From Mobula hypostoma (lineage: Eukaryota), in contig NC_086097.1 of the NCBI RefSeq assembly GCF_963921235.1, forward strand, positions 124,870,001-124,934,000: 64,000 nucleotides of DNA, written 5' to 3'. Under the pieces are notes generated by a model, which saw only the letters and a program-made list of their open reading frames with translations, was not told where the DNA came from and searched no databases. The translations under genes and the position numbers were made by a program. This document shows positions 49,252 to 63,614 of the stretch, one piece after another (the stretch's first letter is position 1; each line of letters starts with the position of its first letter).

Positions 49252-49840
49252 CACTCAGTGGTCACTTTAGTAAGTACCTCCTGTAACAAAGTGGCTACTG
49301 AGTGCATGTTCATGGCCTTCTGCTACTGTAGCCCATTCACTTCAGAAGCTCTTCTGCACACCACTATTGTTATGTGTGGTTATAAAGCTACTATCAGCTT
49401 GAACCAGTCTGGCCCCATTCACTTCAGAAGCTCTTCTGCACACCACTATTGTAATGTGTGGTTATAAAGCTACTGTCAGCTTGAACCAGTCTGGCCATTT
49501 GATTCTAACCTCTCTGATTAACAAGGTGTTTTTCGCCTACTGAACTGCTGTTCACTGGATATTTTTTCCCCACATAATTCTCTGTAAACTCTAGAGACTT
49601 GTGTGAAAATCCCAGGAGACCAGCAGTTCCTGAGAAACTCAAATCACCCTGTCTGGCACTAACAAGCATTCCACAGTCAGTCACTTAGATCACATATCAT
49701 CTCATTTTGATGTTTGGTCTGAACAGCTGAACTTCTTGATCATATCTGCCTGCACAAATGCATTGAGTTGCTGTCACATGTTTGGATGATTAGATATTTA
49801 CATTAATCAATTGTACAGGTTTTTCTAATAAAACTGCCAC
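49252..49840 (-). mobile_element. Tc1-like non-autonomous element (family A) with ~82-bp internal tandem duplication
   Basis: Reverse complement of family A; duplicated block at about 49332-49496. Confidence 0.8.
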
Positions 49841-52336
49841 AGCATCTCAAGTTCCTCTGAAATGAGAGGGTAGTCAGTAACACCAAGCAGTGGGAACATA
49901 CTAACTGTGTCATTCCCTTATCACTGCTGCTGTTACAGGCTTTCAAGCAGAGTTATAGTCCCAATCTGCATACCAAAACTGATGAAAAACTATTCAGCCT
50001 TGCTCATCAGGTTCTCACTGCACCCTTAAGCAATACCTTCAGCAGGTATATACTTATGCCTCTAACAAATACAGAATGATCCCAGATACTGCCATAACAT
50101 CAAACAGATGTGCTTCTGGAGGATAGTAGGCTCCACAATTACCAGTAACTTGCATTTGCTGCTGAAATCATCATGCATCTTGCAAAAATGCAACAATTAC
50201 ACTCAAGCAGATTAAACCAACAGCAACACGTAGACCATGAAGAGCCAGAATCCTCTGCAGTGGCAAGAGCTCAACAGGAGAAGAGGCTTAAATCTAGTCT
50301 GGCATCTCCTTGTAGAAGGTCACTGACAGAGACCTCGCAGCAGCCTAGGTCAATCAACATACCTTCATGTTTGCAGCCATGTTCATCTGTGATGAAAGTG
50401 TGTTCCCACATTCATTCTGTACAATAAATTGGCCACCAGATTACAAGGTACTCAATGCCCAACCTTTTACTACTAGGCCGAAGGCAAGACAGAAAACAGA
50501 TACTCATGGATAGCAAGATGACCACTGTTAAAGACATCAGAAGACACTCGGAGAAGGTGAAAAATCAGCTGGCTGATAAGCCACCCAGATAAAGAGGTCG
50601 TAAATTTACACGGTCTTCATGTGTTCAGTATGGGGTAGAGACTGCCAATCCAGAATATGGCTCCTCAGTAAGGCAGATAAAAAAAATACACAATTCTGGT
50701 GATACTTAACCACTGATTGTGGAAATATCTTCTTCACATTTATTCAAAACAATTTATATAAATTTCAAACATAAAATTTTGCATCACATACAGAATCCCG
50801 GAGGAAAACAGCAAATCAGGCATCTGCTATGGAGAGGAAGACCATTCATCCAGATTGGAAAGGAAGGGGATACAAGGCATGATAAGACAGAGAGGTGGAA
50901 AGAACGACTACAAGCCAACAAGTATTAGGTGAGACCAGGCGAGAGAGAAGGTGCGTGGGTGGGCGAGGAAAGGGGACTGATGCAAGAAGCTGGGGGGTGA
51001 TAGGTAGAAGAGGTAAAGAGCTCGTGTGGCCTCCTGGGATGATACAAACTTCAAGAGTTTGAGGGGATTCTACCCTGGAATTAGTCCCTCAAAGTCTAGG
51101 AACAGAAGGACCAAGACTGCAGTCCTGCCCTTCAGAACATTTCCTAAGCACATACCCCTGCATTTGGAATGTGCCAGGCAGCAGTATTCCTTCACTGCAT
51201 TGATGAATTTCAGTAGTAATTAACGTCTGTGTCGTTGCGTCCCTGGGTGAAGATCAGAGCGTCTTCTGCTATGTAACTTCTTGAGATAAATCACAAGGCA
51301 CCTTGCACGCTTCTCCAGCTCCCTTTTCCCAAATAGTCTGCAAAGAGGTGGGTGAACATTTTATCCTTCTAGAAGGCAGCATGCAATGGGAGTGAGATTT
51401 TGACTGTGCAGGAAGGATCTAGCAGTAAGGGCCCCTCTCCCCACCATTACTCAAGGTCTTGTGCTTGATGGCAAGTTCAGGCAATGAGACGTTCTCCCAG
51501 ATCATTTGGATGATCTTTTCAGGGAATCACCCCACACTATCTATTGTGTCTTTGTACTACAGTGACTGCAGGGCATTCTCCACTCACCACTGCATGATAG
51601 AACCAGTGGCCCAAGATGTTTTACTGAAAGAACTTTCTCCATGAGGATATGTAGTGCAGCAACATCCAACTGACTGGGATATGGTGCAGCAAAGGGGGCA
51701 GAGACAGTGGCAGTTGGTGGCTGTGTACTTGGTTCCAGGCCTGATATACCTACAACACAAAGGTAACCACCAGGGCAACGGCTACGCTGGAATGTCTTTG
51801 CTCCTGTTATCCAACAGTTTCATGGAAATACTTCAGCAGATGTACAATGCAAGGCCGAGGCATTTCAAAGTCAAAGCAAATTTATTATCAAAGCACATAC
51901 ATGTCACCATATACTACCCTGACATTCGTTGTCTTACAGGCATTTACAGGAAAATAAAGAAATACAACAGAATTTATGAAAACTATACGTAAGAGTAACA
52001 ACCAGGGTGCATACATTAAGCCAAGTTCGCAACTGTAAGGACAGAATCCTAGACAATTTCAAAGAAAATCGAACATTTTACTTCTAGTATACTAGCCAAT
52101 ATATCCCTCACTCAATGTACTAAAGCAGATCATAATTACATTACTGAACATGGGCATTGTATGCAAAAGTGGTTGACATTTTTTACATTACAATGGTGGT
52201 GAATGAAAGAGCAGACTCGATGGGTCAAATGGCCTAGTTCTGCTCCTATATCTTATGGTCTGATGATGTAATTCAAAAGACAATTTGTTGGCTGCAAAAT
52301 AATTTGGGGATTTCTTGAAATGGAAATTAATGCAAA

Positions 52337-52625
52337 TTTATTTTATTTATTTATTGAGATACAATGCGGAATAGGCCCTTCTGGCCTTTCAAGCCACACC
52401 ACCCAGCAATCCCTGGATTTAACCTTAGCCTAATTCCAGGACAATTTACAACGTATAATTAACGTACCAAACGGTACGCCTTTGGACAGTGGGAGGAAAC
52501 CAGAGCACCCGGAGGAAACCCATGCCATCACAGGATGAACGTACAAACTCATTACAAGCAGCGGCAGGAATTGAACCCGGGTTGCCTGTACTGTAAAGCA
52601 TTGTGCCAACCACTACGTTACCATG
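52337..52625 (-). mobile_element. V-SINE/HE1-like SINE
   Basis: Minus strand has A/B-box-like head (GGTTCAATTCC), GGTTTCCTCCGGGTGCTCTGGTTTCCTCCCAC core and an A-rich (TAAA)n tail. Confidence 0.8.
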
Positions 52626-55015
52626 TCTAAAAATGTAAGTGTCTCATCATGATTGAATTTGGAAAAATAGTTGTGCAAATATATGAACAAAGCTGATTAA
52701 GGGTAATGAATTAGGTTGATACATTTCTTATGCTTCTGGTAAACAAAAACTATTCCATTACCTGTTGGAAGCAGAGTGTAAAATTACTGGTGTCAAGTTA
52801 TTTGCATGCCCAAGAAAGTGTGTGACTGATAGAAGCTACACAAGACTGATGGGAACTCTTCTTCACCAGTTTCACTTCTCAGGTTAGGTGTTGAAGTGCA
52901 CCGATATGCAGTGCAGAAGTCTGAACTAGAGAATGTTACAGAGCTCTGGGTAGCAGCAGTAACATTACTAAAACAGACCCATTTGTGCCTTACTTTTATA
53001 GGCAAAGCAAACTACTTTCTGACTATTCAAAAAGAAAAATGCATGTGGAAGTTTATTCCAATACTGTCACAGAGGTACAAGCATTCACTTCCATCAGACA
53101 AAAGGCATCTGTAAATTTAAGCTAGTTAGTTGAGAAAACAAAGATCCTCAGCGATGGTCTCTCTGATGCAGAAATGGATGGGTAGAGCCACTTTATGCAT
53201 TTTGCCATACATTCGATCACTTTAATGAAATATCTCCAGAGAATTGAACCACTGAAGGAGACAATTCTATTTTGTAAAATTGAGAACTGTAATCAGCCAT
53301 CTTAAGTTCACACTTTTCCCAACTTCTAAGAAAATATTAATTACAAATTAGATTCTATATAAGGATCAACCTTGAAATTTGTAGATCCTCAGGGCAGATT
53401 ATATAATGCTGCATTTCTGCAACACATTCCAAAACAACACTCTGCAAATCTATAAGGAGTGCTGTCACAAGAAGTCCATCACATCATGCTCTCTTCTCAC
53501 TGTTACCATCAGGAAGGAGGCCCAGGAGCCTTACATCCCACACCACCCAGAACAGGAACAGTTATTAACCTTTGAACATCTGGCTATTGAACCAGTATGG
53601 ATAACTTCACTCAACTCAACTACGATTCCATGACCTATGGACTCTACAACTCAGCCTCTCAGTAGTATTTATTTTCATATTTGCACAGTTTGTCTTCTTT
53701 GTACGTTGGTAATTTCAGTCTCGGCGTGTAGTTTGTCATTGGTTCTATTGTATTTTTCTGTTCTACTGTGAATGCCTGCAAGAAAATTTATCTCAAGGTA
53801 GCATATGGTGATATATGGGTTCTTTGAACTTCAAAAAAATACAGATACATCTCAAAGACCTTTAAAGGTTGTCTTTTAAATGCATTTAGATCGATGGAAT
53901 ATTAAAGCCTCATTTTTCAGCCAATACCCGTACTTGCCCCCAACGTTGTAACAGGGCAATTTTTAGTGTAATCGTTTATACAAACCATTCTTTGGGAATT
54001 TCAGTGTGAGGCAAGAGCTTTGTAACCACGTGCTGGCTAGAACCGATGAGATTACTTCACTACCTGAAGGATGTCGGCGAAGCAGATGGGGTATTTATTG
54101 CTACCATCATACCAGGGCATCGGTTTACACACACCGAATCAGATACATTTTAAGTCCAAGACGTTTATCACTGCACCCGATGCGCATAAGATCTGAAACA
54201 CGCTGATATTTCCTTTTATGCTATACAGAACCGCAAATCAAGTTGCTCTGACGGTTACATTCTTACAAACTGAAATGAAAACCAAGTCCGAGGGACAATT
54301 GCCGGGAAAGTTTCTATCATTTACAAAATAACAGTCACAGTGGAAGCTCGTCACAGAAAGGGCAGCACAGTCCGAAATTCCCCCTATTTGTGCGGCAAAA
54401 GTATAAATAGTCAAGTTAAATCCGCCCCATCACAGGCGGGAACAACACGGAAAAACACTGGTGTAACTCAGCAGGTCATGGAGGGAAGTGACCAGCCGAG
54501 GCATTGGGCTGAGTGCCATTGAGCCAAACCTGGTGAAAATCCCACAGTATGGAGTCACACTTTGCACCTTCCTCGCACCCCCTTTCAAAGTCAGCGTAAA
54601 TTTATCAAACTTTACCATATACTACCTTGAGAGTCGTTTTCTTGCAGACACTTACATGAAAATAAACGATAGAACTTATTAAAAACTCTACAAAGATTGA
54701 CAACCAACCAATGTGCAAATAATAGTAACACTGAGAACATGAGCTGTCGAGTTCTTGAAAGTGAGTCCATACGTCGTGGAATCAATTCAGAGTGGAGGTG
54801 AATGACGTTATCAAAATTAGATCAGATACAAAGGCCATTTTCTTCACTTTATCACTAAAGTTTAGAGTCATAGTGCACCACAGACACTTCGGCCCATCTA
54901 GTCCGTGCTTAATCCCATCGAACAGCATGCACCATTAGCCCTCCACACCCCTTCCATTCATGCTTCTTAATGAAATTAAACACACATAAAGGACTCGCTC
55001 TTCAGTTTTACTCAC

Positions 55016-55120
55016 CAAACAAGGCAGCTCCAGCGAGCTCACGAACACGACCGTGCGGCGAGCGCAGAACAACTCCCCCGCCCGGCGGGAGGAAAACAGA
55101 TGTCCCCGGCTGCCGGCCGG
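55016..55120 (-). other. ZNF706: Probable non-coding exon 1 of the ZNF706-like gene (TSS approximate)
   Basis: Consensus donor TTG|GTGAGT at 55016/55015 at the edge of the main non-repeat CpG island. Coding exon 1 starts only 2 nt before the ATG, so an upstream exon is required. Confidence 0.65.
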
Positions 55121-55330
55121 AGACAATGACAGGCCACGCCCCCTTCCCCTGCACGTGACCACCCGCGACGCCTTCCCGTAAAAGGCGAGCTCGCGGATCC
55201 CGCTTCGTTCACACGCACCAATCGCCTCCTTCTCCGGTTACGTCATGGTAGTTCGGCCCGGAGGACCGGGAGGACCTCCCCCCGCCACTGTCGGACGTCG
55301 CTTTGGGCGGTGGGATGAGTCGGGAAAAAA
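55020..55330 (-). promoter_or_regulatory. CpG-island housekeeping-type promoter
   Basis: CpG-dense unique sequence with SP/KLF site GGCCACGCCCCC (55132-55143), E-box CACGTGAC (55152-55159), CCAAT (55218-55222) and CRE/ATF-like TTACGTCA (55238-55245). Confidence 0.75.
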
Positions 55331-57244
55331 AGGAGGAAAATATGTAATGTAGGTGTGGTAATAGGAGCTGATACAATTAAATTTGATTCCTGAGGAGTTT
55401 GGATTTGTAACTTTTCGAGGAGTCGTTATTTTATTATGCAATCGAAGTGGCAAAACATGATACGGTCTTATCACTTCTATCGGCTCCCATATAAGTACAA
55501 AACCTGACTTTTACAACACGCAAAGTCCAAATCCGCCTCTCTGTTAGCTCTTGTGAAACGCGCTTTTAACATCGACATGGAGGGATGAGTCAGTGTTCCC
55601 GACCTGTGCCTTTTATGCGGGCGGGGTGTGTGGGTGGCGAGTACAACATGTTTTGAATTCCTATCAATTTATTTTAATCATTGCTGTAGTAGCAAGTATA
55701 ACGTGCAGTAAACGTTGAATAGGCTCAGGTGCATATATTGCATACATTAATGTCTGCTTAAAATTCTCATTTAAAAAAATTCAATGTTTTTCTAGATTTT
55801 TGGAGGTTATACTATCACAGCATACTTAGATTTATCCCAAATAAATATATTGGGTTATTAAAAGTTATTCTATCTCAAAAGCCTTTGCTTCCACTTCTAA
55901 AAACATTTACACAGTATTTTCTTTAACTCTTATCCCTCACTTGCTTCTAATGAAAGAGTTTAAAGGGAATGTGAAACTGACCTCCCGTAAGTTTAAAACG
56001 AGCACGAGGAATAGAAGGTTGTGTGTTTTTCCGTTTGCATTTCCATTTCCGTCCATGTTTGTCAAATGAGCCACATATGGGTTGACATCGTTGCAGTGTG
56101 GATGTGATGGTCATGGATTATGTCTTTCCCAAGGTGGTCTGATCGAGGACATGCCTAAAAGCATAGACATAATGGACAAGAGGTTCAGTTGTTGTTCAGA
56201 CCAAATGCCAGAATGGAGAAGAAATTTGATCTCAATGACTTTGATTGTTGAGTGATTGTTGGTGCCAGATGGGGTGGTCTGAGTATCTCAGAAACTGCTG
56301 ATCTCCTGGGATTTTCATGCACAACGGTCTCTAGAGCCTTGAATATAGTGCAGTCCATCACAGGCAAAGACCACCCCATCATTGAACATCTCTACAAGGA
56401 GCACTGCTACAAGAAAGTAGCATCCATTATCAAGAGAAGGAGGTTCAGAAGACTTAGGTGACACACCACCTGGTTCCGGAACAGTTATTACCCTTCAGCC
56501 ATCAGGCTCCTGAAACAGCATGAATAACTTCACTCAACTCAACACTGAACTGATTTCACAACCTATGGACTCACTTTCAATGATTCTACAATTCATTTTA
56601 GACCATAAGACACAGGAGCAGAATTAGGCCATTTGGCCCATCAAGTCTGCTCTGCCATTCAATCATGGCTGATCCTTTTTTTTTCCTCCTCCTCAGCCCC
56701 ATTTTCCAGCCTTCTCCCTGTCCAATCAAGAACCTATCAATCTCTGTCTTAAATACACCCAATAACCTGGCCTCCACAGCTGCACGTGGCAACAAATTCA
56801 CCACCCTCTGGCTTTTTAAGAGTTATGTATGTATGTATTTATTTATTTAAGTATATATTTTTGTGTTTCCACAGTTTGTTTCCTTTTGCACATAGGTTGT
56901 TTGTCAGTCTTTGTGTATAATTTTTCATTAGTTCTATTCTATTTCTTTCTTCTACTGTGAACACCTGCAAGAAAATCAGTCTCAGGGTACCATATGGTGA
57001 CAATAAATTTGCTTTGAACTTTTGAACTTTGAACTAGAGTCCTGCCATTATTGGACATTAAATTCCTGGGTCAAACACGTTATGGGTGTATTACTTAAGA
57101 GGAAACAGAAATGGCTTTGATACATTGAAGTTCTTACTGAAGGGTCTCCAGTGGAAAGAGTAAGCAGCTTCAAGTTGCTGGTTGTCAACATTTTGGAGCA
57201 TCTATCCTGGGCCCGGCACATAAGTGCAACCATGAAGGAGGTGT

Positions 57245-60200
57245 ATAAGCACGCGAGTTCTCTGGAGTCATTTTGGTAGCAGTTTATATTCCACCTCAGG
57301 CCAATGTCATGCAGGCTTTAGATGATCTGAGTAATGGGATCAACATGCACGAAACAGGGCACCCTAACACCTTCACCATCGTTTTGGGAGATTTTGACCA
57401 GGCCAGTCTGAAAAAATCACTATCAACAGATCATTTGCAATACCAGAGGAAACATCACACTGGATCATTGCTACACCACCATCAAAATGCCTACCGTGCT
57501 ATTCCACGCCCTCACTTCGGTAAGTCTGATCACCTAGTTGTACTTCTACTCCCTGAGTATAGGCAGAGACTAAAGACTGCAGCACCAGCTGTGAGGACCA
57601 AGAAGGTATGGACAAGGGAAGCACAGGAACACCTACAGGACTGCTTTGAATCAGTGGACTGGACTGTATTCAGAGATTTATCTTTGAACCTGGATGAGTA
57701 TGCGGCAGTTGTTACTGACTTTATTAAAACCTGTGTGGCTGAGTGTGTGCCCACAAAAACTTACTGTACATTCCCAAACCAAAAGCCATAGATGAACCAG
57801 GAGGTACGTAGTCTGGTGAAAGCTAGATCTGTAGCATTCAAGTCTGGCATCCAGGGCTGTAGCAGAAAACGAAGTATGATTTGCAGAGGGCTAATTCAAG
57901 GGCGAAGAGACAATTTCAAATGAGGTTGGACGTGACATCAGATGCACGGCAACTCTGATGGTCATTACTTCCTACAAAGCAAAACCCAATAGTATGAATC
58001 AAACCTAGCAATTATCGGCCTATGAGTTTGACGTCAGTGGTGGATAAATTGATGGAAAGTATTCTTAGAGATGGCACATATAATTATCTGGATAGACGGG
58101 GTCTGTTAAGGAACAGTCAACATGGATTTGTGCGTGGAAGGTCATGTTTGACAAATCTTATTGAATTTTTTGATGAGGTTACTAAGAAAGTTGATGAGGG
58201 TAAAGCGGTGGATGTTGTCTATATGGACATCGGTAAGGCCTTTGACAAGATTCCACACGGAAGATTAGTTAGGAAGGTTCAATCGTTAGGTATTAATATC
58301 AAAGTAGTGAAATGGATTCAGCAGTGGCTGGATGGGAGATGCCAGAGAGTAGTGGTGGATAACTGTTTGTCAGATTGGAGGACAGTGTCTAGTGGTGTGC
58401 CTCAGGGATCTGTACTGGGTCCAATGTTGTTTGTCATATATATTAATGATCTGAATGATGGGGTGGTAAATTGGATTAGTAAGTATGCAGATGATACTAA
58501 GATAGGTAGAGTTGTGGATAATGAAGTAGGTTTTCAAAGCTTGCAGAGAGATTTAGACCGCTTAGAAGAGTGGGCTGAAAGATGGCAGATGGAGTTTAAT
58601 GCTGATAAATGTGAGGTGCTACATTTTGGTAGGACTAATCAAAATAGGACATACATGGTAAATGGTAGGGCATTGAAGAATGTAGTAGAACAGAGGGATC
58701 TAGGAATAATGGTGCATAGTTCCCTGAAGGTGGAATCTCATGTGGATAAGGTGGTGAAGAAAGCTTTTGGTATGCTGGCCTTTATTAATCAGGGCAATGA
58801 GTATAGGAGTTGGGATGTAATGTTGAAATTGTATAAGGCATTGGTAAGGCCAAATTTGGAGTATTGTGTACAGTTCTGGTCACTGAATTATAGGAAAGAT
58901 GTCAATAAAATTGAGAGAGTACAGAGGAGATTTACTAGAACGTTGCCTGGGTTTCATCTCCTAAGTTACAGAGAAAGGTTGAACAAGTTGGGTCTTTATT
59001 CTTTGGAATATAGAAGGTTGAGGGGGGACTTGATAGAGGTATTTAAAATTATGATGGGGATAGATAGAGTTGACGTGGATAGGCTTTTTCCATTGAAAGA
59101 GGGGGAGATTCAAACAAGAGGATATGAGTTGAGAGTTAAAGGGCAAAAGTTTAGGGGTAACATGAGGGGGGACTTCTTTACTCAGAGAGTGGTAGCTGTG
59201 TGGAACGAGCTTCCAGCAGAAGTGGTTGAGGCAGGTTCGATGTTGTCATTTAAAGTTAAATTGGACAGCTATATAGATAGGAAAGGAATGGAGGGTTATG
59301 GGCTGAGTGCAGGTAGATGGGACTAGGTGAGAGCAAGAGTTCGGCACGGACTAGAAGGGCCGAGATGGCCTGTTTCCATGCTGTAATTGTTATATGAAAT
59401 GGCAGCGATGCTTCACTACCAGATGAACTCAACATCTTCTATGCACGCTTTGAAAGGGAGGACACAACTACAGCTGTGAAGATCCCTGCTGCATCTGATG
59501 ACCCTGTGATCTCCATCTCAGAGGCCGATGTTAGGCTGTCTTTAAAGAGAGTGAACCCTCGCAAGGCGGAAGGTCCCAATGGAGTACCTGGTAAAGCTCT
59601 GAAAACCTGTGCCAGCCAACTAGCAGGAGTATTCAATGACATTTTCAATCTCTCACTGCCGTGGATGGAAGTTCTGACTTGCTTCAAAAAGGCAACAATT
59701 ATACCAATGCCTAAGAAGAATAATGTGGACTGCCTTAATGACTATTGCCCGGTAGCACTCACATCGACAGTGATGAAATGCTTTGAGAGGTTGGTCATGA
59801 CTAGACTGAGCTCCTGCCTCAGCAAGGACCTGGACCCATTGCAATTTGCTTATCGCCACAATAGGTCAATGGCAGATGCAATCTCAATGGCTCTCCACAT
59901 GGCTTTAGACCACCTGGGCAACACAAACACCTATGTCAGGATGCTGTTCATCGACTGTAGCTCAGCATTTAATACCATCATTCCCACAATCCTGATTGAG
60001 AAGTTGCAGAACCTGGGCCTCTGTACCTCCTTCTGCAACTGGATCCTCGACTTCCTAACCGGAAGACCACAATCTGTGTGGATTGGTGATAACATCTCCT
60101 CCTCACTGACGATCAATACTGGTGCACCTCAGGGGTGTGTACTTAGCCCACTGCTCTACTCTATGTACACATGACTGTGTGGCTAGGCATAGCTCAAATA

Positions 60201-61072
60201 CCATCAATAAATTTGCTGACAATACAGCCATTGCTGGTATAATCTCAGGTGGTACAGGAGTGAGATATGCCAACTAGTGGAATGGTGCCACAGCAACAAC
60301 CTGACACTCAACGTCACTAAGACGAAAGAGCTGATTGTGGATTTCAGGAAGGTTAAGACGAAGGAACACAAACCAATCCTCATAGAGGGATCAGAAGTGG
60401 AGAGAGTGAGCATCTTCAAGTTCCTGGGCATCATGATCTCTGAGGATCTAACCTGGTCCCAACATATCGATATAGTTATAAACAAGGCAAGACAGCGGCT
60501 ATACTTTATTAGGAGTTTGAAGAGATTTGGCATGTCAAAAAATACACTCAGAAACTTCTATAGTTGTACCATGGAGAGCATTCTGACTGGTATGGAGGGG
60601 CTATTGCACAGGACCGAGAGAAGCTGCAGAAGGTTGTAAATCTAGTCAGCTCCATCTTGGGCATTAGCCTACAAAGTACCCAGAACATCTTTAGGGAGCA
60701 GTGTCTCAGAAAGGCAGCATCCATTAGCACCTAGGGCATGCCCTTTTCTTACTGTTACCATCAGGTAGGAGATACAGAAGCCTGAAGGCACACACTCAGT
60801 GATTCAGGAACAGCTTCTTCCCCTTTGCCGTCTGATTCCTGAATGAACTTTGAAGCTTTGGACAGTACCTCACTTTTTTAATATACAGTATTTCTTTTTT
60901 TGCACATTTTTTAATCATCTATTCAATATACATAATTGATTTACTTGTTTATTTATTATTATGTTTTATTTTTTCTCTCTCTCTGCTAGATTATGTATTG
61001 CATTGAACTGCTGTTGCTAAGTTAACAAATTTCACGTCACATGCCAGTGATAATAAACCTGATTCTGATTCT
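57245..61072 (+). mobile_element. Rex1/Babar LINE (endonuclease-RT, degenerate), interrupted by CR1
   Basis: [34 protein letters not shown] and [14 protein letters not shown]; tail AATAAACCTGATTCTGATTCT. Confidence 0.9.
58000..59392 (+). mobile_element. CR1 LINE, 5'-truncated, with uninterrupted 434-aa RT-to-C-terminus ORF (58022-59326)
   Basis: [23 protein letters not shown] and YADD; imperfect TSD TATGAA(A)T; nested in Rex1/Babar. Confidence 0.96.
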
Positions 61073-62542
61073 TCTTAGAAATTTAAGGAGATTTGGCACG
61101 TTATCTAAGACTCTGACTGATTTCTATAGATGTACTGTGGGAAGCATTCCAACTTTTTGCATTATGGCCTGGTATGGAAACTCCAATACACAGGAACACA
61201 AGAGGGCACAGAGAGTAGTGGACTCAACTCGTTCCATTATGGATGCGGCTCTCTCCACCATTATGACAAAGAGGTGACAACCATCACTAAGGACCCCTGT
61301 CATCTGGGCCATACCCTCCTCTCATCAGGCAGGAAGCTCAGGAGCCTGAAGACCTCAAGATCCAACAACAGCTTCTTCTCCACTGCCATCATGTTCGTGA
61401 AACGACCTGCAGAAAAAACATAGCACTGACGTGGAGTACCTTTTCTTTTTACTCTCTTCACTGCACCTCTGTCATTCTGTTTATTTTGTTGTGTAACTTC
61501 AGGGTCTCATCAGTGGCAAGACTTGGAGTCCAGAGTCTAGTTTTCGGCATCGAGGCCTGGAGTTAGAGCCCTCATCCTGCGTCCTCAATAATCATATTTG
61601 TAAAACCTGGGCGGATCCAACCATTGAAGCCCAAAAGCCGACTGGAGGTCCAGATTGAAGCCTGAAAGTTGATGAGAAGTCCCGATGTCGAGACCCGACA
61701 GTTAGAGCCCTGAGTCTGCGAATTTCTGTGAGTCCGCTGGGGATGTCTGGGTCCAGTGTCTGCGAATCCTCAAGTCTGCTGGAGACTGAGGACTGCCTGT
61801 CATGGTGCTAGAGGACTGTGTGTGTGGGAGGGAGGGAGGAGTTGGAGGTTTTCCTGGTGCCGTTGCCTTGTTACTTGCTATGTTCTATTTTGTTGAGCTC
61901 TGTGTTGTTCGGCCGGACATTCTGGGCATGCTATGTTGGCACCGGAATATGTGGCGACACTTGCAGGCTGCCCCCAGCACATCCTTGGGTGTGTTGGTTG
62001 TTAACATAAACAATGTATTTCACTGTATGTTTTCATGTACAGTACATGTGATAAATAAATCTGAATCTGAATCTACATTATGTATAATGACTTTAATTTA
62101 AGTTTGTGTTAAATTATGCTTCTCATATTTGTAATATACTGTGCTACCCTGCAAAAAGCTAAATATCATAGTGTTCCTATCCTGGGTATGAATAAATTTG
62201 AATAGATTATGGAAGAACGCATTGATTCGATGATATACTGAATGGAACTCTGTGTATTGCTTGCATTTCCTCTGTGTTATAGATAGAAAGTATATTTTTG
62301 AAATTTAAAAAAAAAACATGTATTGCAGAGCCTGGCCTGGCCTGGCCTGCACTTCAGTCTTCATCTTCAGCCACACACATTTCCTGTGTTCCGGTTACTG
62401 GCTTGGGGTGCACATCTGGCCTTAGTCCTGGATCCACATTCTGGACCCAGCCTTTGGACCACACAGCTAACCTTGGCTGTAGCCACACAGCCAGCCCGAA
62501 CTCCTTCTGATGTATATACTTAGCAGAGGATGTACTTGTGGT

Positions 62543-63030
62543 CTGTCTGTCTGTCTAGGTACCATTTCCGATGCGGACGTTGGTGTCCATGGTTTTCCAT
62601 ATAGATCTATGCTTCGTTTTTTGGATGGCTTCCATTTCCTCAATGTGTAGCCACCTGGCTATGCTTCTGATGTACATAAGCCAAGGTCTTCCTCTAGGTT
62701 TGCTCCCCTCGATCTTTCCAGAGAGCATGAGTTTTTCTAGCTCATCTTTCCGCATGATGTGTCCTAGGAATCTGAGTTGTCTTTCTCTTATTGTTGGTAT
62801 GAGTGATCGAACTGCTTGGGCTCTTCTGAGAACTTCTTCATTTGATGTGTGTGTGGTCCATGATATTTTTAACATTCTCCTGTAGAACCATAATTCAGCT
62901 GCTTCTAGTCTCTTTTCCATTGCAGTCCAGCATTCACTTCCATAAGTCAGGATAGAATAAATGTAGCACTGCAGTATTCTGTTTTTAGTGTATGTGCTCA
63001 TCTTTCTGTTTGTTAATATGGTCTTCATTA
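62543..63030 (-). mobile_element. RTE-clade LINE 3' fragment
   Basis: 157-aa C-terminus (YGSECW, RRMLKISW, RFLGHIMR, RGRP); (ACAG)n tail; 11-bp TSD GTACTTGTGGT (62532-62542 and 63031-63041). Confidence 0.9.
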
Positions 63031-63614
63031 GTACTTGTGGTAGTTAGTAAAATTCCATTTTCCCCAGAACATACTGGTGCCATTCCACACTGCCATCATA
63101 GAAAGTATCCTCACATCAGACATTACTGTCTGGTTTGGTGCAACGTCCTCTCACGTTATACTAAAATGACAGTGAACTGTCAGGTCAGTGGAAAATGTCA
63201 TCACTGCAGGATTTGTATGTGTGCAGGACAAAAAACCAGACAGGAAAATCATTGTGGACACTTATCCATCCAGCAAACTGCCTTTTCCTAAAGGTCCCTT
63301 CTGGAAAGCACTATAGGGCTATTAAAACACAAAATTAATGCCATCTTAAAATATTCTTCTCCTATGCAGTTAATCTGATCGATGATCCTAGTTACACCCC
63401 CCACCCTCACCCTATCTATTATTACCCCTGTCACTGCACTGCACTGTAAACACTTTAAACCACTTTATATAATGCTGTTTATATTGTAAGTACATACTGG
63501 TATTTATGGGTTTATGCACATTTTATTCCATGTCTATTATTTAACAAAACTTCTTGTTGTTTTTTTACTTAGTTCTTTATTTCCATATAATTCTTTATTC
63601 TTATATTTGTTGAA

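Noticed and set aside
58022..59326. Domesticated RT gene
   Set aside because: 5'-truncated CR1 with tail and TSD, no endonuclease or promoter, and a near-identical decayed sister copy.
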